Assembly: GCA_963761335.1 (NCBI GenBank) | Contig: CAVXGR010000013.1 | Coordinates: forward strand, 1 to 64,000 | Direction of reading: 5' to 3' | From: an uncultured delta proteobacterium | Lineage (GTDB): Bacteria > Desulfobacterota > Binatia > HRBIN30 > BPIQ01 | DNA length: 64,000 nt | Shown here: piece after piece, positions 56,992 to 64,000 of the stretch | Layout of the letters: each line of letters begins with the position of its first letter | How positions within the stretch are numbered: the first letter of the stretch is position 1 | Notes under the pieces: generated by a model | Told to the model about the DNA's origin: nothing | What the model saw: only the letters and a program-made list of their open reading frames with translations | The model's database searches: none | Program-made: the position numbers and the translations under genes

Positions 56992-57801
56992 TCAGGCGCC
57001 CGGCGCGCCGAGGCCGGCGAGCACGCGGCGCACGTAGGCCGCGTCCTCGGCCAGCTTCTCCTCCGCCGGGCGCGGATCGGCGGCGAGGAACTCGATGGTC
57101 AGCGGGCCCGCGTAGCCGGCTCCGACCGCGGCGCGCAGAATCGCCTCGTAGTCGAGCACGCCGCCGCCGAGCGAGCCGCCCGGGAACAGCGGCCCGCTGC
57201 CGTCCGGGTTGGGCTGATAGTTCTTCAGGTGAAAATAGCGCGCCAGGGGCACCAGGCGAGCGGCGTCATTCGCCTGCGCGTCGACGTCCGCGGGCATGAG
57301 GAGGTCGAGGACCTGGTAATTCAGGGCGGCGTTGTCGCGGCCGATGTCGGCGAACAGGCCGCGGATGCGCTCGGGCGTATCGGCGAAGGACCCCAGGTGG
57401 CGCTCGACGACGACGGTGATTCCCGCGGGCGCGGCGGCGTCGCAGGCGCAGCGAATGAGATCGACGGCGGCGCCGCGATCCTGCGCAGCTTCCGGGATCG
57501 GCTCCGCCCAAACGCGCAGCAGCCCAGTCTCCAGAGCCGCGGCGATCGCCGCCTCGCGCTCGGCGTGCGCTGCCGTGACCTGACCGAAGCGGCCGAGGTA
57601 GGAGCCGTACGCCGTCACCTCGAGGCCGGCGGCGCGCACGGCGCGGCCGACGGCGCGTGCCTCCTCGGGCCCGCGCTCCGGATCGAGATGCGGGGAATGC
57701 GCCGACACCTCGAGGCCGTCCAGTCCGATTGCGGCGGCCATCGCCGCCACCTCTTCGATCGACCGGTCCAGCGCCGAGATGGAGCAGAAGGAGAGCTTCA
57801 T
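56992..57801 (-). CDS. Sugar phosphate isomerase/epimerase (xylose-isomerase-like TIM barrel)
   Basis: GLDGLE, VVERH, FHLKN, GYAGPLTIEF. Confidence 0.85.
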   Translation of the reverse strand: MKLSFCSISALDRSIEEVAAMAAAIGLDGLEVSAHSPHLDPERGPEEARAVGRAVRAAGLEVTAYGSYLGRFGQVTAAHAEREAAIAAALETGLLRVWAEPIPEAAQDRGAAVDLIRCACDAAAPAGITVVVERHLGSFADTPERIRGLFADIGRDNAALNYQVLDLLMPADVDAQANDAARLVPLARYFHLKNYQPNPDGSGPLFPGGSLGGGVLDYEAILRAAVGAGYAGPLTIEFLAADPRPAEEKLAEDAAYVRRVLAGLGAPGA

Positions 57802-57890
57802 CCGCGCATGTTCCTACGGGCGCATTGGGGAATGCAAGATCAGTCGCGCGGCTACCGGGTTGGCGAGCTTACGGGTTGTCCAATCCAAGA

Positions 57891-57942
57891 AGTAGAAGCG
57901 CCGTCTCGGCGCTTTCGGAAGCGGCGAGACGCCGCTTCTACT
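57891..57942. repeat. Second copy of the GTAGAAGCG...CGCTTCTAC palindromic unit
   Basis: Differs at 2 positions from the unit at 12050-12100. Confidence 0.85.
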
Positions 57943-57992
57943 CTGCCCGCCGGCTCTGAACACGAAAACCCGTCAACCCCAGACACCAAAAT

Positions 57993-59003
57993 TCAAGCGA
58001 TCCGGGCCAGATCCTCGTGCCGGATCTGATGCTGCAGCGGCTCGCCGCGAATCAGACGCTCGATCTCGTCGAGTGCGAGATCGGCCATGCGCTGCGTCTC
58101 GGTGCCCTGCGCTCCGGCGATGTGCGGGGTGAGAAAGACATTGGGCAGGTCGTAGAGCGGCGAGCTCTCCGGGAGAATCTCCGGCTCGGTGGTGTCGAGA
58201 ACCGCGTCGATGCGGCCGGAGCGCAGCTCGTCCTCGAGCGCCGCGTCGTCGACCAGCCAGCCGCGCGCCGTATTGATCAGCGTGGCGCCGTCGCGCAGCA
58301 TTGAGAGTCGCCCGCGATCGAGCAGATGGCGCGTTTCCGGCAGCGCCGGTGCATGCAGACTGACGACGTCGCAGCTCTGCAGCAGGGCGTCGAGCTCCAC
58401 CTTGCGGGCGCCGAGCCGCTCCGCCGCCGCCGGCTCCAGGTACGGATCCGACACCAGCACCTCGAAGTCGAACGGCCGCAGCAGCTCAATGACGCGGCGG
58501 CCGATGCGCGAGGCGCCGACGATGCCCACCGTCTTGCCCAGATTGCCGAGGCCCGGCGCCACAGCGCTCCACAGCTGGAAGTAGCGCTGCTCGCGATAGT
58601 GGCGCTGCAGGCGGAACACCCGCTTGTTGGAGAAGAGGATGGCGGCGAGGGTGAACTCGGCCACCGGGACGGCGTTGGCTGCGGCTGCCGAGCTGACCAG
58701 CAGACCGCGATCCCAGACGGCGTCGATGAGATGCATCTTCACCGTGCCGGCGGCGTGGACGACGGCGCGCAGGCACGGCGCCTGGTCGAGGACGTGGCCG
58801 TCGACGGTCGGGGAGCCCCAGCCGGTGAGCAGGATCTCGGCATCCGCCAGCAGCGCCGCGGCGCGCTCGTCGGCGAAGGAGAGCAGGGGCTCGCCCTCGG
58901 GGACCTCGCAGAGATCGCGCAGGCGCCGCTGCTGCGCCGGTCCGAAGAGATCCTGGGTGAACATCGGCACCATGGCCAGAACGGTTTTCGGACGAGCGCG
59001 CAT
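57993..59003 (-). CDS. D-isomer-specific 2-hydroxyacid dehydrogenase
   Basis: HAAGTVK, PVAEF, GIVGASRIG, INTARG, LTPHIAG. Confidence 0.92.
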   Translation of the reverse strand: MRARPKTVLAMVPMFTQDLFGPAQQRRLRDLCEVPEGEPLLSFADERAAALLADAEILLTGWGSPTVDGHVLDQAPCLRAVVHAAGTVKMHLIDAVWDRGLLVSSAAAANAVPVAEFTLAAILFSNKRVFRLQRHYREQRYFQLWSAVAPGLGNLGKTVGIVGASRIGRRVIELLRPFDFEVLVSDPYLEPAAAERLGARKVELDALLQSCDVVSLHAPALPETRHLLDRGRLSMLRDGATLINTARGWLVDDAALEDELRSGRIDAVLDTTEPEILPESSPLYDLPNVFLTPHIAGAQGTETQRMADLALDEIERLIRGEPLQHQIRHEDLARIA

Positions 59004-59121
59004 GTCGGCGTCCAGCTGCCAGCTCCGCCGCGCCAGGTCAACTGGGAGCGCCCGCGCGGCCGGGACGGAAGCCAACACCCGGGAAACAACTTGCGGCCGG
59101 GACGGCCACGCTCCCAGAGGT

Positions 59122-59829
59122 TTATCTTCGCGGGCCGGGGACCTGAACGATACGCTCGTCCTCGGCAATCCAGGCGGTGAGCTTGCGTCCCCAGACGCAA
59201 CCGGTATCGAGACCGCGCACGCGGGCTCCGATCACCAGTCCGCGAGCCGCCCAGTGGGCAAAGACCACGAGGCGCTCGCCGCGGTAGAAGGCATCCCACG
59301 GACGAAAGGGAGCAGGGGGCGGCGGATCGTCGCGAGTCGGCCGCCGCCCGGCGGCGTCGCAGTGGCGCACCTGGGTGGCGAACTCGATCTCCGGTACCGG
59401 GTGGCCGCGAACGTGCTGGCGCACGGCAGCATTGGCGATATCGGCCACCGCCTCGATATCCGTCCAGTGCGGGTGGATGCCGCCGTGGACCATGACCACG
59501 TCGCTCTCCACCAGAATGACGGGTCGCGCCTCCAGCCAGGCGAGCAGGGCAACCGCGTCGGGGGCGTCGAGGACGTCCTCCAGAGTGTCTCGCGGCCGCC
59601 GCTTCGCGGTGCCGGCGGCGCGGCGGAGGAGGTGGATGTCGTGGTTGCCGAGGACGACCCGCATGTCGAGCTCGCGGGCGCGGCGCAGGACACCCAGCGA
59701 GTCGGGGCCGCGATTGACCATGTCGCCGGCGAGGTAGAGCCGATCTCCCGAGCGCAGCTTCAGCTTGCTCAGTAGATCGTCGAGCTGCCGGCGGCAGCCC
59801 TGAACGTCGCCGATGAAGATCCGCCGCAT
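59122..59829 (-). CDS. ApaH-like metallophosphoesterase (diadenosine tetraphosphatase family)
   Basis: IGDVQGC, GDMVNRGPDS, LGNHD, VHGG, HWAARG, LDTGCVWG. Confidence 0.88.
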   Translation of the reverse strand: MRRIFIGDVQGCRRQLDDLLSKLKLRSGDRLYLAGDMVNRGPDSLGVLRRARELDMRVVLGNHDIHLLRRAAGTAKRRPRDTLEDVLDAPDAVALLAWLEARPVILVESDVVMVHGGIHPHWTDIEAVADIANAAVRQHVRGHPVPEIEFATQVRHCDAAGRRPTRDDPPPPAPFRPWDAFYRGERLVVFAHWAARGLVIGARVRGLDTGCVWGRKLTAWIAEDERIVQVPGPRR

Positions 59830-59915
59830 CGGCTTCCAGATTGTCAGTCGGCGCCGGCGATTGCCACATGGAGCAGGTTTGACTTCTCGCCGAGGCTGGA
59901 GTTTTGGGTTTGGCC

Positions 59916-62327
59916 ATGCGCTCCTCGACAACGGCAGTCATCCTCGCCTGTCTGCTCACCCTGCTGAGCGCCTGCGCCGGTGACGACGACCGCGCGCCGG
60001 TGACGCCGGCAGCGAGCCCCACCGCCAGCGGTCCGGAGGCGACACCGTCGCCCGCGAGCGGCACTCCCGCGCCGACGGCTCGGCCGCCGGCGCCGTGGCA
60101 GCGCACCGAGACACGCGAGCCGTGCGCCAGCTTCGCGCTGCTGCGCCAGCCCTTCTTCGGCGACCTGCACGTGCACACCGCCGTCTCCGCCGACGCCTAC
60201 CTCTACGGCACGCGGGTGCAGCCAGCCGACGCCTACGCCTTCGCCCGCGGCGAGTCGATCCCGCTGGCCGACGACGACGAGGCGCAGACGCGCACGGCAC
60301 GCATCGAGCGGCCTCTCGACTTCACCGCGGTCACCGACCACGCCGAGTTCTTCGGCGAGGTGAAGTTGTGCAGCACCGCGGGATCGGCGATCTACGACCA
60401 GGAGCTCTGCCAGCTCCTGCGCCAGGCGGAAGCGCCGGAGGATCGCTTCACCGCCCGGGTGGAGTGGCTGTATCCCCTCGGGATCGACAATCCGCCGCTG
60501 TCTCTCCCCATCTGCGATACGCCGGGGATCGACTGCGACGCCGCTGCCGTGTCCGTGTGGAAGGACATGCAGGCCGCCGCCGAGGAGGCCTACGACCGCA
60601 CCGCCGCCTGCCGCTTCACCAGCTTTGTCGGCTACGAGTACACCGCCAGCCCGGCCGGCAAGCATCTGCACCGCAACATCATCTTCCGCAACGAGCACGT
60701 CCCCGCCACCGCCGCCGGCTTTCTGGCCACCGCCGCCGGCGGCATTCCGCAGGGCCTGTGGACGGCAGTGGAGAACGATTGCCTGCACGCCGGCAGCGGC
60801 TGCGACGCCCTGGTCATCCCCCACAACTCCAACCTGAGCGGCGGCCAGCAGTGGCTGGACCCGGCGGACGCCGCCGAGGCGCGCCGCCGGCAGGACCTCG
60901 AGCCGCTGGTGGAGATCCACCAGAACAAGGGCAACTCGGAATGTCGCTTCGATCGCCTCGCCGGCCGCGGCGTCGAGACCAATGACGAGCTCTGCACCTT
61001 CGAGCAGCTGCCGAGCTCCGACGAGTTCCCGGGCACGCCGCCACCTTCGATCGACGACTACCCGCCGCGCAACATGGTGCGCAACACCCTCAAAGACGGC
61101 CTGCGCCTGGAGGACCAGCTCGGCGTCAACCCGTTCAAGCTCGGCTTCATCGGCAGCACCGACACCCACAACGGCAACGCCGGCGATACCGATGAGTACA
61201 ACTGGGACGGAGTCGCCGGCAATATCGACTCGAGCCCGGCGCGCCAGCTCACCGACGACCAGATCCGCAACAACCCGGGTGGTCTTGCCGTCGTCTGGGC
61301 CGAGGAGAACTCTCGGGACGCTCTCTTTGCGGCGCTGCGGCGGCGCGAGACCTACGCCACCAGCGGCACCCGTCCGATCGTGCGTTTTTTTGGCGGCTCC
61401 CTCGCCGACGCCGACTGCAACGCCATGGACCTCGTCGACCGCGCCTACCGCGGCGGCACGCCGATGGGCGGCGACCTGGGCGACGTGCGCGGCGCGCAGA
61501 GCCCGCGCTTCGCGGTCATCGCCCTCAAGGACCCCGGCACCGAGGAGGCGCCGGGAACGGATCTGCAACGGCTGCAGATCGTCAAGGGATGGGTCGACGC
61601 CGCCGGCGAGACGCACGAGCAGGTGTTCGACGTCGCCGGCAACCCCGACAACGGCGCCGGAGTCGACCCGCAGACCTGCGCCACCGTCGGCAGCGGCGCG
61701 GCGCAACTGTGCGCCGTGTGGGAGGATCCGCAGTTCGACCGCGCCCAACGGGCCTTCTACTACGCGCGCGTGCTCGAGAACCCAACCTGCCGCTGGAGCA
61801 CGCGCGTCTGCCAGCAGATCGGGGTGAACCCGTTCGACACCGACTGCGCCGCTCAGGCGGAGCGGGCCGGGGCGGCCTACGCCAACTGCTGCATTTCGGA
61901 TGCGAACGACCCCTTCCACGAGCTGGTCATCCAGGAGCGCGCCTGGACGTCGCCGATCTGGTATCGCCCCGACGCCATCGCCACCGTGGAAGGCGGCATC
62001 CGCTACGGCAACAGCCCCGGCGCCGACACCCTCAGTCTGACCGTGACCCTTGGGCGGCTCCCGGCGGTGCTGAGCGACCCGCAGGCGCAGCTGCACGCCA
62101 GCGTCAACGACGGCGACGAGATCTACAGCACCGATATCCCGGTCGCCGCCATCGATACCGATGCCGATGGGAACGCCGTGGCGCACATCGACAGCGGGCC
62201 TCTCGATCTCTCCGCGGCCGAGCCCGTCGACCACATGGTGGCGGTGACACTCTCCGCGGGAACCTATCGCGCCGAGTACACGCGCCTCTGGCACTTCGCC
62301 GGCGGCGAGCTGCGCGCGCCGGAGTGA
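59916..62327 (+). CDS. DUF3604 (PHP-like) lipoprotein
   Basis: Lipobox LSAC; FGDLHVHT, TDHAE, HLHRN, IPHNSN, GSTDTHN, RRETYATSG, QERAWTSPIW. Confidence 0.9.
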   Translation: MRSSTTAVILACLLTLLSACAGDDDRAPVTPAASPTASGPEATPSPASGTPAPTARPPAPWQRTETREPCASFALLRQPFFGDLHVHTAVSADAYLYGTRVQPADAYAFARGESIPLADDDEAQTRTARIERPLDFTAVTDHAEFFGEVKLCSTAGSAIYDQELCQLLRQAEAPEDRFTARVEWLYPLGIDNPPLSLPICDTPGIDCDAAAVSVWKDMQAAAEEAYDRTAACRFTSFVGYEYTASPAGKHLHRNIIFRNEHVPATAAGFLATAAGGIPQGLWTAVENDCLHAGSGCDALVIPHNSNLSGGQQWLDPADAAEARRRQDLEPLVEIHQNKGNSECRFDRLAGRGVETNDELCTFEQLPSSDEFPGTPPPSIDDYPPRNMVRNTLKDGLRLEDQLGVNPFKLGFIGSTDTHNGNAGDTDEYNWDGVAGNIDSSPARQLTDDQIRNNPGGLAVVWAEENSRDALFAALRRRETYATSGTRPIVRFFGGSLADADCNAMDLVDRAYRGGTPMGGDLGDVRGAQSPRFAVIALKDPGTEEAPGTDLQRLQIVKGWVDAAGETHEQVFDVAGNPDNGAGVDPQTCATVGSGAAQLCAVWEDPQFDRAQRAFYYARVLENPTCRWSTRVCQQIGVNPFDTDCAAQAERAGAAYANCCISDANDPFHELVIQERAWTSPIWYRPDAIATVEGGIRYGNSPGADTLSLTVTLGRLPAVLSDPQAQLHASVNDGDEIYSTDIPVAAIDTDADGNAVAHIDSGPLDLSAAEPVDHMVAVTLSAGTYRAEYTRLWHFAGGELRAPE

Positions 62328-63376
62328 AGAAGATGGGGACAGGCTACTTTTGCGGACCGGATCGGCGGTCTCACAGAAGCTCGAGGGGCAAGAGTAGCCT
62401 GTCCCCAAGCCGCATACTTCGCCACCCGGCTCTGCACTTCGCCGTCGTCGGCGGGCTCGCCTTTCTGGCGCAGCGCTGGTGGGCGGCGCCGGCGTTGGCG
62501 CGCCTGGACGAGGGCAGAACCGTGGTGGTGCGCAGCGACGACGTCGAGCGGCTGCGCCGCGCCTGGGTCGAGGAGCGCGGCATCGCCAGCAAAGCGCCAC
62601 CGCCGCAAGTGCTGCTCGATGAGGCGGTCGACGAGAAGATTCTGGTTCACGAGGCGATTCGCGACGGCATCGACCGCAACGACCGGGCCGTGTGGCGCCG
62701 GCTCGCCGACCTCGGCCATTTTCTCGATCTCGCCTCGGGAGACGACGAGCGGGCCGCGGAGGCGGCGCGCGCCCTGGGCCTCGAGGAGCGCGATCCGATC
62801 ATCCGCCGCCATCTGACGCAGATGATGGAGCTGGCGCTCTCGCGGCCGGGCGCCGCCGATATGCCGAGCGAGGCCATGCTGCGCGATTTCTATCGACGGC
62901 ATTTGCAGCGGTTCACCGACGCCCCGCGGGTGAGCTTCATCCAGGTCTTCTTCAGCGCCGACCGCCGCGGCGCCGCCGCGGAGCGGGATGCGGCGGCGCT
63001 GCGCCGGCAGCTCGGCGGCGTGGATCCAAGCGAGGCGCCGACGCGCGGCGATGCCTTCCTCCAAGGCGAGTCGTTCGCGGGGGAAACACGCTCCCACGTC
63101 GAACGCGTACTCGGCGCCGAGATCGCCACCGCCGTCGAGAGCGCCGCGCCGCACACGTGGGTCGGCCCGCTGCGCTCCGCCTATGGCTTCCATCTCGTCT
63201 GGGTCGAGAGCCGCGAGCCACCGCGGCCTTCGGCCTTCGAGACGGTGCGCGGCCGCGTCGCGCAGATGTATCTGGAAGGCCGCCGCAAGGAGCTGCGGCG
63301 CGAACGCCTGCGCGCCCTGCGCGCCCTCTATCAGGTCGCGGTCGAGCCGCAGGCGGCGGCACCATCGGGGTCATGA
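62324..63376 (+). CDS. PpiC/rotamase-type peptidyl-prolyl isomerase domain protein
   Basis: GTGA overlap with the upstream gene; HPALHF TM, DPIIRRHL, WVGPLRSAYGFHLV. Confidence 0.82.
   Translation: MKKMGTGYFCGPDRRSHRSSRGKSSLSPSRILRHPALHFAVVGGLAFLAQRWWAAPALARLDEGRTVVVRSDDVERLRRAWVEERGIASKAPPPQVLLDEAVDEKILVHEAIRDGIDRNDRAVWRRLADLGHFLDLASGDDERAAEAARALGLEERDPIIRRHLTQMMELALSRPGAADMPSEAMLRDFYRRHLQRFTDAPRVSFIQVFFSADRRGAAAERDAAALRRQLGGVDPSEAPTRGDAFLQGESFAGETRSHVERVLGAEIATAVESAAPHTWVGPLRSAYGFHLVWVESREPPRPSAFETVRGRVAQMYLEGRRKELRRERLRALRALYQVAVEPQAAAPSGS
62334..62407. repeat. GGGGACAGGCTAC palindromic element at the 5' end of the rotamase CDS
   Basis: 20-bp IR with 1 mismatch; same family as the element at 37652. 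Confidence 0.82.
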
Positions 63377-64000
63377 GCATGCGGCGGCGGGAGCGCGCGG
63401 GATTGGCGGCATTGGTGCTGCTGCTCGCCGCGGTGGGCGCTGCGGCGGCGCATCCGCTGGCGCCGGCCCTGCTCGACATCGAGGAGCTGACCCCGGGGCA
63501 GGCGACCGTGATCTGGAAGCAGTCGCGCCTCCAGGTCCCCGGGTCGCATCTCACGCCGCTGCTGCCGGCCCGCTGTGCGGCGAGCGGATTCACCGTTTCC
63601 GGCGCCGACCCGCGGGCGCTGGCAGAGCGCTGGCGGATCGACTGCGGCCGCCGCAGTCTGGCAGGCGAGCGCCTCGGGGTCGGCGGCCTCGCTGCCGCGC
63701 AGGTGAACGCGCTCCTGCGAGTGCGTCTGGCGGACGGCCGCACGGTGCAGCGGGTGCTCGACGACACGGATGCCGATCTGGTGATTCCGCGGCAGCCGAG
63801 CCGTGCCGACCTCGGCCGCGACTATCTCCGACTCGGCGTCACGCACGTCCTCGGCGGTGCCGACCATCTGTTGTTCGTCATTGGCCTGCTGCTGCTCCTG
63901 CCGGCGTCACCAGCTCTCCTCAAGGCGGTCACCGCCTTCACCGCCGGCCACAGCGTCACCCTGGCGCTGGCGGTCCTCGGCGTGGTGCGCCTGCCGAGCG
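63373..64000 (+). CDS. HupE/UreJ family protein, 3'-partial (absent from the ORF track)
   Basis: ATGA overlap with the upstream gene; signal peptide ..AAAHP; LGVTHVLGGADHLLFV, TAFTAGHSVTLALA; open to the window end. Confidence 0.88.
   Translation, partial: MSMRRRERAGLAALVLLLAAVGAAAAHPLAPALLDIEELTPGQATVIWKQSRLQVPGSHLTPLLPARCAASGFTVSGADPRALAERWRIDCGRRSLAGERLGVGGLAAAQVNALLRVRLADGRTVQRVLDDTDADLVIPRQPSRADLGRDYLRLGVTHVLGGADHLLFVIGLLLLLPASPALLKAVTAFTAGHSVTLALAVLGVVRLPS

Noticed and set aside
11663..62600. Many long alternative ORFs (e.g. 11663-13768+, 16214-19345-, 40360-43263+, 50577-53354+, 59844-62600-)
   Set aside because: They are antisense or out-of-frame shadows of well-supported genes in high-GC DNA. 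Only the C-terminal part of 16214-19345 (the oxygenase) is real.

Overview
GC-rich bacterial chromosomal DNA. The gene content (DUF3604, Thr/Pro-linker Cys-rich secreted proteins, P450, F420-dependent enzyme) suggests a Binatia/Myxococcota-like organism, which is an inference. Positions 1-~7137 are the right end of a primase-helicase + large-serine-recombinase element inserted into comM, with iteron-like repeats and nuclease/ATPase cargo. The most striking locus is 23.7-38.6 kb. It opens with a translationally coupled operon encoding close look-alikes of eukaryotic ALG1 and ALG2, the consecutive mannosyltransferases of the N-glycan lipid-linked precursor, plus a PglK-like ABC flippase. This operon converges on four paralogous secreted proteins sharing an unrecognised 14-Cys domain, two of which have many N-X-S/T sequons, bracketed by two HTTM membrane proteins. 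The rest is metabolic/housekeeping genes (hemE-hemH-hemG, NFACT, ppgK, P450, etc.) separated by several families of palindromic and period-8 repeats. One palindromic family sits in-frame inside coding sequences. No rRNA, tRNA or CRISPR array was recognised. All calls come from motif recognition by eye; no database search was run.
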